The notes beneath the pieces are model-generated. The model did not search any database. It worked only from the letters and a program-made list of their open reading frames with translations, and was not told the origin of the DNA. Of a stretch of 64,000 nucleotides of DNA, positions 39,901 to 51,900 are shown piece by piece (position 1 is the first letter of the stretch; each line of letters opens with the position of its first letter). The DNA is from Rhina ancylostomus. Its lineage: Eukaryota. Position numbers and translations under genes: made by a program. The stretch covers positions 17,744,264 to 17,808,263 of the forward strand of contig JARFYF010000051.1 of NCBI GenBank assembly GCA_030265395.1, given 5' to 3'.

Positions 39901-42900
39901 GGGGCAATTGTGGTCAAACGGGTTTGCAGAAGGCTAGTGTTGATCAGAAGCAGTTGGGATTTCTTCACCAGGAAATGAGCACCAAAATCACCAGGAAACA
40001 GGACTGTTGTAAGGAAATTTTTTAAAAAAATTAAAAACCTGAAAGGGAGGTGGCATATATTACTCACCATCTTCATAGGCTGTGTACTCCACATGGTAGG
40101 TTCCATCACCATTGTCCTTGATGTAACTGTCAGTCATGGCCCCAGAAGGATTAACTATACAAATCTTGACATGGTTCCCACCAGTTTTGTTAACAGATCG
40201 ACAGTCCACAGTAAATTCAGTGGTGACCTCCCGGAGCACTCCTAAAAATGAAAATTGAAATGGGGTCAATTTTTTTTTTCTTTGCCTCACCACTGCAGTA
40301 ATCCTGTTGCTCTGAACATCTGCAATAACAAGTCCCCAACACCCACAATCAACCCCAGTGCTTCCCACACATGTACAAGTTCCTTGATATTTTGTTTGAA
40401 ATCAGATTCCTACAGAGAGGTCAGCTGCCCACTAAGAGAGCTGTCATTTTCCCCACCACCTCCCCACCCACAGATCCCCACCTGCACTAAAAGCAATGCT
40501 ACATGTATTTAATTGCCTGGTTGTTCCATCACATTGTCTCAGAGATCCAGTTCTACCAGAGTGAGCTTTTCCTGTAGTAGCAAAAGAGAGCAAAACAGTA
40601 GTTGCCTGTACAGATGGTTCCCTTACCACGAGGCTCTACTCCTGGTCCGAACACCTTCACTCCTGCTGTGTCAATAGCTGGATCAACCCTGACACGAGCT
40701 GGGAACTTGGGTACTGCGTGCCCGCCGTACTTGATGGTGATGGTGTACATGCCATGAAACGGTGGGATGTAGGTGATGGTATAGGTCCCATCGCTATTGT
40801 TCTGAATGTGAACCTCCGCCTTCGCGCCAGTCTCAGAGATGATCTCAATAGTCAGGTCAGCCTCCCCGGCCTTGGAGCAATCCACAGTGAAAGTTCCTGC
40901 CTCGCCAACCTTGCCGCGCTCTAGCCCCGGTCCACTGGCTGTGACCTTGCTTGGGTCGAAGACTGGTTTGATGTCTGCCTTGAAGGGGGACCCTGGGATA
41001 TGGGCCTCGGCAAATAGGATGTTGACTGTGTATTCACCTGGCTCTGTTGGGAGGTACGAGACAGAGCAGGAGCCATCACCATTATCCTGGCATTCAATTT
41101 TAGCTTCACAAGGACCTTCCACAGTCAACCCAAGACCACCAGTGCCAGCACCCTTGGTGTCAATGGCAAAGGGAGCTGCTTTTCCAACCACACCACCTTT
41201 GAGACCTGGCCCATAGGCACGAACCTGAAATACAACCAAAAATTCCTCATTTATTTCGTACAAAGTCACATAATCGTGTGCTTCACAGCAAATACCAAAC
41301 TGCAATTGAAGCCAAAAGTTGTATCACAATACTGCCCAAGGTCAGGACACTCTAAGATGTGTCACAGCCAATCAAGTACTTTCAGCTGTGTAGATAGGGC
41401 TCATAAACACAAGAAAACAAATGTATTGCACAACAAGTTCCCACAAAGAGGAACATTATAATGATCTTTGCTTCTATTATGTTGACAGAGGATGAATATT
41501 GGACAGGATCTGCTCACTGGGGAGGGAAAGCAGAGTGGGTGTGTGTTTGTATAGGAAAAAGAAAACGCAATTCACAATGAACATCATTGAGCATCACAAT
41601 GAACAGAAAACTAGTGTCAATCAAACTAATAATCTGAGGTTGGTGGGGTGGGGGCAGACAACATCCTTCATTCCATGACTACACAAGTTATCCAACTCTT
41701 GGCCCAGTGTTAAACAGAGGGCTGTGGCAATGTGGTGAGCCACTGTGAGAAAGGAAGATGGCATAATCTGTACTCACCTTGGTGGGGTCAGGAGGCATGA
41801 CTCCCTCCACGGTGAAGGGGCTTCCAGGAACTGGATGTCCATCATAGCCAATGTCCACTTTATACGGACCCTCCTCAGGCGGCATGTACTTGACAGAGTA
41901 AACATCACTGGTAGGTCCCGTCTCCACCTTGCACGGGATGGGACGGCGGGATGGAGAAGTGATCTTCACGTCAACCTTGCCCTGTCCCCCTGCACCTCGA
42001 GTATTGACACTGAACTCCTGATCCTTCCCCACGTCAACCTCTGCAACAACAAAAACATCAGGGCATCTTTAGCAAAGTAGCCCAACTGATGCAAGCCAGT
42101 TTCCAGGCATAACAACCAAGGTGTTTATAAAGGGTTAACACTCTTACTATTATTCAATCCCTGAACTTTGACCTTATTCAGGTCAAGAGGTGGAGCCACA
42201 TTAACTGTGAACGGACTCTTCGGAACCTGGTCGCCACCATAGGTCACAGTCACCATCATGTTACCCTGCAATCAAATGACAGCACATGGATTGTTAAGAG
42301 TACGTTGGTAAACTTCCAATCAGTGCACACAATGCCCCAAAATTCAAGCACTGCCCCTCCAAGTTTAACTCAAATCCAGGCACTCAGATAAACACAAAAC
42401 CCTGCCCGACAGTGCACAAACCCCCTCTAACTCCAGCTCCACAAGATACAAATACCCACTGCATTAAAACACCATCCTCCTGGGTGCAAACCCAAAACCC
42501 ATCCCCTAACATTTGCCCACTGCTTCCCCACCTGCTGCACAGCAGTGTATTTCACAGTGTAGGAGTAGTCATGGTTATCGATGATTTCAAAGTCACGAAC
42601 AGCCTCTCCCTTTGCTGCTCCAGTGAATTGCACATCCAATGTGGCTTTGCCAGCCCCTTTGGTGTAGACAGTGAAGTGGGTGGGTTTCCCAACCTCGACA
42701 CCTGCAAACAACACATGATCTGCTCAGAATAGTGCACGGATCCAGGAGCTCCCCACATCTGCATGTAACACGTCATCTCTCACCCATACCTTGCTGCTTT
42801 CATCCATATACCCACATTAACCTGCATCCACCATGCTAGTCCCACTCCCACCTACACTACACCCCAAAGTGAAAGTCAGTGTGCTTCCCAGGCTTAAGCA

Positions 42901-45900
42901 CTGGGCCCAGTCTAGGCAAGATGGTCAGATTTAGAGTGGACTTGAAGGTCTCTCACCACTTTGAACCTACACTGCTACTGATCCAATGGCCATGGGTACG
43001 AGAACCCAATTTGTTATATTGACAGCCCTCAGTAACCAACATCTACCAGAAGAGAAAATAGCATCGCCAAGTTTGGTGAAGTATTCCCAGAGGCTGCATC
43101 AGGATCTCCCACCTCCAACCACTCGGTCAACAGTCAAGCAATCTTTCACCCATCTTAATGTTCATAACCAGCATGGGAAAAAGAAAACACTGCATTTTGA
43201 AGAGAGGATTTCTTTTCATCACTTGCTCCCATGTCTAGGGGATCATTATNNNNNNNNNNCTCTAGCATGACCACATCTCTCAGTCAGCTTTTACTCACCA
43301 GTCCGGCTCAGTCCAGGACCTTCAGCCTTGACCTTTCCAGCATCATGCGACGGCTCCACTTTAATGCAGAATGGGCTGATGGGAATTTCCTACAAATAAA
43401 TTGGACAGGAAGTTATTAGGCAAGTTCAAAAGGCATGGCTGGGGGGGGGAGGTGGTTGTGGACGGAAGGAAAGAGGAGAATGGGAATGGGAAAGGAAAAG
43501 GAAAAAAAAAATCAGCCAAAGAGAATCTAGGAGAATTTTTAAAAAAAGGCCCAACTGCACTGCACAGGATTGATTGTCAGTAAAGACTTTACAGTGAACT
43601 AACCAGGCACAGCCACCTATCAATCCATGTCCCTCACAGGAACATTCCAAGAGCAGTAGACTACTTGTGCCCATTATTCACCTCCACCATTCATTGAGAT
43701 TACGGCCAATCTGACTGAACCCTTAAATCCTCCTACCCACTGCAATCTTTCATCCCATTGCCACTTCTCAGAAATATTCAGACACTCCATTTGCCCATTG
43801 GAGAAGAGTTCCAAAGATTCAAAACCCTCAAATACAATAACTTACCTCAGCTCCATCTTAAGGGACAGCTCCCTTATTTTTTCCTCAATCACTTGCTCCC
43901 ACCTCTAGGGGATTCTATATTTTCCCCCAGAGGCACCGTCTCCCCTCCCCCCCCCCAAATTGCTGGAATGCACCCCACATTGAAAAACGTTTCATCATCT
44001 GCCTGGCACACTGTCCTCAGTCACCCACCCTCCCCCACCACCCGACTATTCTCTCACAGATAAACCCTCTCTCCAGCCAGAATTTCTCCATATATACCCT
44101 CAGTGCCATGCAAAGCACAGTTCATGAATTGCAGCCTTAAATGGATTGTGGAGAAAACTGAAGGACCTCCTTTCCCTTCCTGGGAGGAAGGCCCTTCACA
44201 NNNNNNNNNNNNNNNNNNNNNNNNNNNNNNNNNNNNNNNNNNNNNNNNNNNNNNNNNNNNNNNNNNNNNNNNNNNNNNNNNNNNNNNNNNNNNNNNNNNN
44301 AATGTCTGATGCCTCAGGTGCAGTAATTAAGACTTGCACAGGCAGCCCATTCCTTAATGACCTCCCATCACTTTTTAAACTTAAATTTTTCTTTAAATTT
44401 TATTTACAGCTTGGTAACAGGCCCTTCTGGCCCAACAATTCCGTGTCGCCCATTTTAAACCCCAAATTAACCTACCCGTGCGTCATTAGAATATGGGAGG
44501 AAACAGGAGCACCCGGAGGAAACCCAAGCAGACATGGGAGAACATACAAACTCCTTACAAACAGCAACAGGAATCAAACCCCAATTGGTTGCACTGTAAT
44601 AGCGTTGCACCAACCACTACGCTACTGTGCCGCCCCCTTTGGCAGATCCAAGATCATGGAAAGAGTGATGGACAGCAGTTGGAGATTGCAAATGCACAGA
44701 AAATCAGTGCGGAAGAATAAACAAAGGTGGGGTAGGAATCATAGTGGGGTGTCAGTAGGAGAAAGTTAGGAGGGTGGGAAAAGGATCATATTGAGGGTAA
44801 CAAGATCAGAATGAACAAGGGAGATTGGGGTACTGGCTTATATGGGAGGGATCTACCAAGAAGGTCATGGAGCCTGCACTGGAGATCAAAGAGGGAAACA
44901 CTTATCAGGGAGATCAGAGAGGAGATATGGAGTATCAAGGAGAAATTGAGTGGAAGAACGCTGGTGGAGGAGGAGAAATCAGACAGGTCTGGGAGCAGTG
45001 ACCAATAACATGGAGGAACAGGAGACTTGGTTTATAAGATAATTACAACAGATGGAGGGTTTAAACGGGAACATACCTCAGGACAGATTGACACCTCAGA
45101 AATTGCAGTGGCTGCCCAAAAGGGGATAGGCCCTTTAACCTGATGAGGCAAGCCTCAACCCTCCAGTTCTGATCTGCTCAGCCGATTGAAACCTGTGCAG
45201 CTCATGAATTTTGTACATGGTCAAAAATCACAGCACATATCCAAATCCCTCCATGCTCACACACATCATACACATAGAGGCCCATACTGAATTTCCAGAG
45301 ATATACAACGCATGCACATAGTCCCCATTTGTATTTGTTGATACCATTTTGGATGACGTTCATTCACACAGAGAATAAATGTGCTGCACTAAGGTAGAAT
45401 TCTAGGTCTGGATGTCATGCCCCATGATATCTATTATAACCCCAATGAGTCAAACTTGCGACCTTATTTACACTTCCTTCCACTCTATTCCATTGTCCTG
45501 GATTCTCCACCTCCATAATAGCTGTTCCAACACATTTTCTATTCAAGAACTTCTGTAAAGATGCAGCTTTTTTTCTAAACTAAAGATTCTACTCAGCTGT
45601 GATTGGCAGATCATTCGACTGTGACTGTCTAAGTTTTTGTTCTGGCTCCCCCCTCACCTTCCCTGTTCTGTCAAAACCAGGATCAGCAGCCCTCTGTTCT
45701 TACTTTCTACTCCACCCGCGCCTTCATTCTACCAGCTTCAATATGATGCCACAACAAACACCTCGACATTCTGGAGGGACAGTTCCCTCCACGGCATCCC
45801 TGGAGTTGGGCCTCCTCCTAATTTATATGTTCCACATTGATCTGTCCACATCATACTGTGACAATTACTGCATTACCCATGGCACCATCCCAAGAAGGCA

Positions 45901-48900
45901 TCCTCCCCTTTCCTCCCTATTGAGGCCTTCAACTCTTCTTCCATGTGAACATAGAACATAGAAAAACTACGGCACAGTTCAGGCCCTTCAGCCCACAAAA
46001 CTGTGCTGAAAATTGAAGCAGTGATTCAATTGCACTCTCCTTCCCCAGGAAGTGACTGCTTGATTAGTTTGCAATACATTCATTGGCTGCCCTGTGATAT
46101 CTTAGTCAAGTATTCTTTCTCCATGTCTGAGACCACACAGTGAGGGGTTTATTTCACTGAGTGTGGGAGGGAACGCCATAACCAAGTCCTTCTCACCTTC
46201 TGTCTACACAAGCGCATTGGTCCAACATTGAATGCAATTGCAAGATGGAATGTCAGACATACCAAGGCCAAAGGGAGTAGGCAGCCCTACCAAATGGTAG
46301 GTTACAAGCAATTAAGATTCTGCTGTCCCCTGCTATTTCTTATAGTACAGTAGTACGCCATCTCTAGTTTTGATTTTGTATCGCTTTGCATGTAATCTAG
46401 CAAATAAAATCCAATGTTCCCGATTAATCTATACCCGTGTAATTCAGGATAAGAGAGTACAAATGGCAGTAGTCCAGCATTTCATATTTCTAATATAATG
46501 TACAGTGTCCAAATTACATCAGTCATTTGTGATTACACACCCCATTTAAGATCATGTTCCACTTAGCTCACAAGACAACTGAAATAAAATAATAAATACA
46601 TATTATAATCAAAACTACATTTATCTTCAAAGCTGATATATCAATTGAGGTATTAATTAAAATACCTGAGACCAGAGAGTAGAAATCAAGACACGAAGCT
46701 TATTTAAAACTGACACTTGCAGGAAAAAGATTTGAAAGATGGTAAACAAGGCAATAAAACTCTGATGAAGCAATAAGCTTTATCATCAGCTATTATAGGT
46801 TTTAACAACCATCCCCTCAAGACAAACAAAAGTAGATATGGCAAATTACCAAGATATTAGGCCTAAATTTCTAGACTGAAAATAACTAAATGCTCAAACG
46901 CTGAGTGCATGTGTATTAAGGAAGCAGTTCTTGTTCTTGACCAGATGTACTTTACACAGACAAAACTGAAATCTAGATCTCCAATATTCATATATCTTTA
47001 TAATTGTTATAGATGTTTTAGTTTACACCAAAACCGATCCCATGTGGTATGTTCAATAACATGTGGTACAGGTTCACCATGATCCACCTGCTAATATATA
47101 GAAATTGTCCATTTGCTCCCACAACTTGTCTAAATAGCCTTAAATGATTGTTGTCAGATTTTTTCACAAATGCATCAACTTTTGACAAAACTGCCTATAT
47201 CCAAATTTATAATGAGAACCTGTCACGCTGTAATTGTACTCTGCCCCCAGTGGTTGGTGCTGCTGCAATACTTGGGCGTTATACCATCCAGCTCCACAGC
47301 CTGAACCACAAGGAAGCTCTTATAAAAACAATTCTTTACTGAATAGCACCAATAAAGTAGCAAAAAATGCCACAAGGCATTAAACAAGAACATGGCTGCC
47401 CGTCAAACCAGACACAAATCTTCAACTGCACGATGCAAGTTTAATTTTCCTTCTTTTGGCTTTATTAATTTCCAGTCACAGCATTATCAACAAAATTTAG
47501 TGCCAAGCCTCTATATTCCAATAACCTATACTTCTGTACTTTGCAGTTTTCTTCTTACTGCAATTGTACAATATGAAGTTGTTTGCAATGGAAATTCTTT
47601 CACATAACACAACAATTAGAAGCATTTTAGAATTCAAAAGATAACCAAAAATTAATGAAGAAATAGTAAATGAGAGTAAACTTGTGAGAAACAAAAAAGA
47701 ATAAACCTTAAACACTTCTAAAGGGATGCAAAATGGAAAAGACAAGCAAGAGCACATGTGGGCCCCTTATGCACAGAGGTGGAAGAATTTATAGCAGGAG
47801 AATAAGGAAATAGCAGAGGAATTAAAAACCTACCATAAATACTGGAGAGCCAAAGGAGAATCGGTACAAATGAGAAAGTTAAAAAAAAACTGGTAGAAAA
47901 GAAACTACTAGCGAAGCTAATGAAGCTAAAAACTGATAAATCCCAAGAACTTGATGACCTTCATCTCAGAACTTTCAAGGAAGTAGCTATGAAGATAGTG
48001 GATGCTCTGGTTATCTTCTTCAAAATTATTTACATCTGGAATGGTTTCTGCAGACTGTAGAGTGGCAAACATAACCTGTCAAAGAAGAGGGCAAAATGAG
48101 ACTGACACAGGATAACCCAGTACTCAGTGAGACAGTCGTGCCTACAGTTCACAATACAGAGGGCTGAGCTGCCCATCTGCAGCATTTTGTTAAATATCTT
48201 TGTCCAAACAATATCAACCCTCATGATTTGCCTTCAACAAATCCAAGTGATCAGTTAGTCATCAGCCCACACCTCCAAGCGTCAATTAACTTTATCCAGA
48301 TTATCGACTCTTGTTTCCCTACAGCCAGCATTTTGCCGACTGGTTTGCAGCTGGTTGTAGCCCTCTCCTCTTAAAACACAAAAGGCAGGAACTGGGCGGA
48401 GCATTTCCCAGAGACTCACCTTGTCCAGCCTCACTGCAGTCCACTGTGAAGTAAGTGGGTTCATTGGCCTTGAGTCCTGTTTTCTCCACACCTGGTCCAT
48501 ACACTTTCACCTTCTGTGGGTGACAGCCTTCACCCACAGATACCTAGGGACATGCAAAATGCAAGTTACCACACAGCCAATTCAGGGCATATTCCAGTGA
48601 AATGCAGAGCAGCAGCAGCACAAGACAAGTAGTAAAATGGGTAACCAAGTTGGTTCTGAGAAAAAAAGTCAGTTGTATAACCCAGGTAAACCTCAATGTG
48701 CAATACCAGGTTCTTCACTGTCTCTTCACCCCACCCATTAACCAAACTCCCTCTCCTCCTACTTACTGATTCACTGCACTCCCCTTCACACCCATCTCCA
48801 TCACACTGACCCACCCCAATCATCACTACCCCCTCCCATCAGTTTCCATTACACTGGCCCAATCCCACTGATACCTGCATCTCCTATTCTGTCAGGGAGA

Positions 48901-51900
48901 GTCACCAGGTTTCTAGTTCTCCCCCCACCCAAAAACATCCAACAGGGTGCAATAGGCCTATTCATACTACCACCTATGCCCACAGTCCCTTCCACTCCCC
49001 ACTTACTCGGAAGGGACTATTCGGGATGTTGACGGAGCCCCAGCTGATGATGATTGTGTGTTTGATGGGCTTCTGTGGCACATACACACAGAAGAATGTG
49101 TTGTCCCTGTTATCTTTGATCTGGATGTCAATGGGAACACCTTCCGCATCCTAGAGAGGCAGAGAAACAAATAGTAAGTATGGCAAGCTGTAGCTGAGGA
49201 TCCTCACTCTCATAAACAGACCCTCAAATCTGATTAAATAGAATATTCCCACCCCTACTCTAAAATGCCAACAAGCTCTCCCCACCCCACTTCTGAATTT
49301 TTAGATTTTTAAAAAAAAATCAGCAAGTCTACTCCAGTTAAGGTTGCTACCCACATCTCTGCCCACCTCCCCAACCCTCACTGGTATTGACCAAGACTGA
49401 AAGGCATTACCTGTGCATAGATCTTGAGTTCACCCTTGCCAGCAGCTCGAGCATCAATGGTAAACTCAGCTGGTTTGTTTACGATGCAGCCTGTCGGTTC
49501 CAGACCTGGGCCAAAAGCCTTCACCTGAAATGCAAGATTGAAATAATTACGTTACCACACCCACAACAATCCACCAAAAATATAGCTGCTGCAGAAACTG
49601 AGCAGGTAAAGCAGCATCTGTGCAGGCAAAAGGGATGGTCAATGATTCAGGTCAAGGCCCTGCATTTGGACGTGATGCACGTCCTTGATCCGAGACGTCA
49701 ACCATCGCTTTGCCTCCACCGAATTCCTCCAGTTTTGTTTTTTGCAACCATGGGTTTCCTGAGCTATGTTCTTTCTCATACACTGACCATTTCCAAACAG
49801 GTCTCTGATGAAGTGAAAGAAAACATCACTTCAACTTTCATCTTGTGGAAACCCAAGCACTTAATCCAGCCCAACAATTCCTGACCGAGGAACTACAGGT
49901 AATGGTGCCCTGGATGGCAGCACCAAGGACACACAAGCACACAACAACTTTGTAAAACCAGGTCTTGTTGATCATCTTGGGTGAATGCAGTGTAAAGTAC
50001 TATTGGCAGAAGAACAAGTAGCCTAGGGTTTTTAAGGTTCTGCTTTTTTATCCTACACACCCCTATTAGCAGATACTTCTCTATTCAGCAGGTTAAAAAA
50101 TCCAAACCCTCTTACCAAATCCAATCTTCTCCACTCTAGAAAATACAAGCCATATTAGTGCAATCTCTCCTCAGAACTTAACCTTTGCTCACATTCTTCC
50201 AATGTGTGCACTCTTCCAAAGCTAATAGGTTGACACTAAAATTCAGAGCCCTGGACTACAATGCTCAGGTTATGGTTTGATCAGCGGTGCAGCAAAACTG
50301 CAAGTGCACAGTTCCATTCACCATACATCTCTCCTTCATCCCAAAATATTTCACTTTTTTTTTTAAATATCATTTTTGTATCATTTACAGATTTCAAAAT
50401 GTGCTCCCTGCACTAAATTTAAAAGCCTCAAAAACTGTAATCACAATGACCCCTGTTGATCCCCTGACTCCATGCCACACATTTGCTCTACTCATGCCCT
50501 GAACTCTATACTCACCTTCTCTGGGAAGCTTTCATTGTTTGCTGGCAGAATGTGTGCCATGAAAGGACTATCTTTAATATCTTCATCATCACAAATCACA
50601 TGCACAGCATAATCACCAGGCTCAGTGGGCCAGTATCGTACATCACATGATCCATCTCCTTTATCATCACACTCAATCTTTGCCTGCGAGGGACCTTCAA
50701 TGGAGAAACCTGGAAAGGAAAATTACAATGTTGTTCTCAGAGTGGAGGCCAAGTGCATTCAGACATTCCCAGAGCAGGTACACCAAGACAGGTTAGACAG
50801 AAAAAATTCACCCTGATATTTTGTCGGAGTCTTATTATTGCCCTCAATTAAATGTAGATTGAACAGAGAAGATGCAGTGAATAAATTGGGTGTGGAGCTT
50901 GGATCCAGACTAGTGTTGGCCCTAAATGGAAGCCTCACCACTATCACAGGAAGTGACAGCACTTACCTAGTGTCCCAACTTCAGTCCCAATCGCCTCTAC
51001 TACAAAATCCGCCGACTTTCCCACAACCCCAGTCTCCAGTCCCGGTCCCCAGGCTCGCACCTTCTGGGCACCAGCTTCAGGTCCAACTTGCACTTCGAAG
51101 GGGCTGAGGGAGCAATACACAGGTCAGTATACACACTCCAAACACTACCTGTGCTGCACTTTCAATTAACATTGGCACAAGCAAGTTTCTATGGTATTAT
51201 ACTGGGGAAGGGAAGGTAATTTCTGAGTGTTTTGCCCCATATTTGTTGTCGTTATTGAATACATTGAAACTGGAAGATTGATTTAAGATCCTAGAGGAAG
51301 ATAGACAAGTAGAACTTGAACTAGAGGAATGGAGAGACCCTTCTGTTGGAGTTAAACAAAACTGCAACATCAACAAGTTAATTCTGTGCCCAAATTGAAT
51401 GAACCAGAAACGTTTTCCTAAATGCAACTCACCTTCTCGGAATAGCATAACCACCCCAGGTGATGGTCACCACGTATTTGCCTCCAATCATTGGATGATA
51501 TTCACATTCATAGACACCGTCGCCAACATCCCGAACCTTCACAGGTTCCTCTGTGCCCTCTGGAAGAAAATAAATGGAGGCCACTGACTGATGTTTGCTG
51601 ATTGCTCTTGTCCTTTATTGGTTGTTTCAATGGCTGCATCTCCTTGGGTGCTGGTTACTGGATTCACTGACTAACCAATTGCTGGTTAGTCAGTGAATCT
51701 AGAGCTTCTGCTCACTGGCAATGAGGATCAGATTGAGAGGTGCAGCAACAACAGCACCATTGCATCCAAGATCACCACTAGCCAAAAACTTCCACCACAA
51801 CTTTGCTGAGAGGATTACGGCTGAGCAAAAAACTCTGGTCACCATAATCCACCAGCCGAAGTGCAGAAATCAGAGGATATCAGTGAGAGCACACATTGGG

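Noticed and set aside
40718-42080. Plus-strand ORFs overlapping FLNC exons 20-21 (and similar ones elsewhere)
   Set aside because: Antisense shadows of coding exons with no independent evidence.
47220-47300. 81-nt AG/GT-bounded open segment, also containing a CTCF-like CCACTGGGGGCAG
   Set aside because: Peptide unrelated to filamin, very weak donor (gttctc), does not repair the exon 15-17 frame; the CTCF match has wrong spacing.
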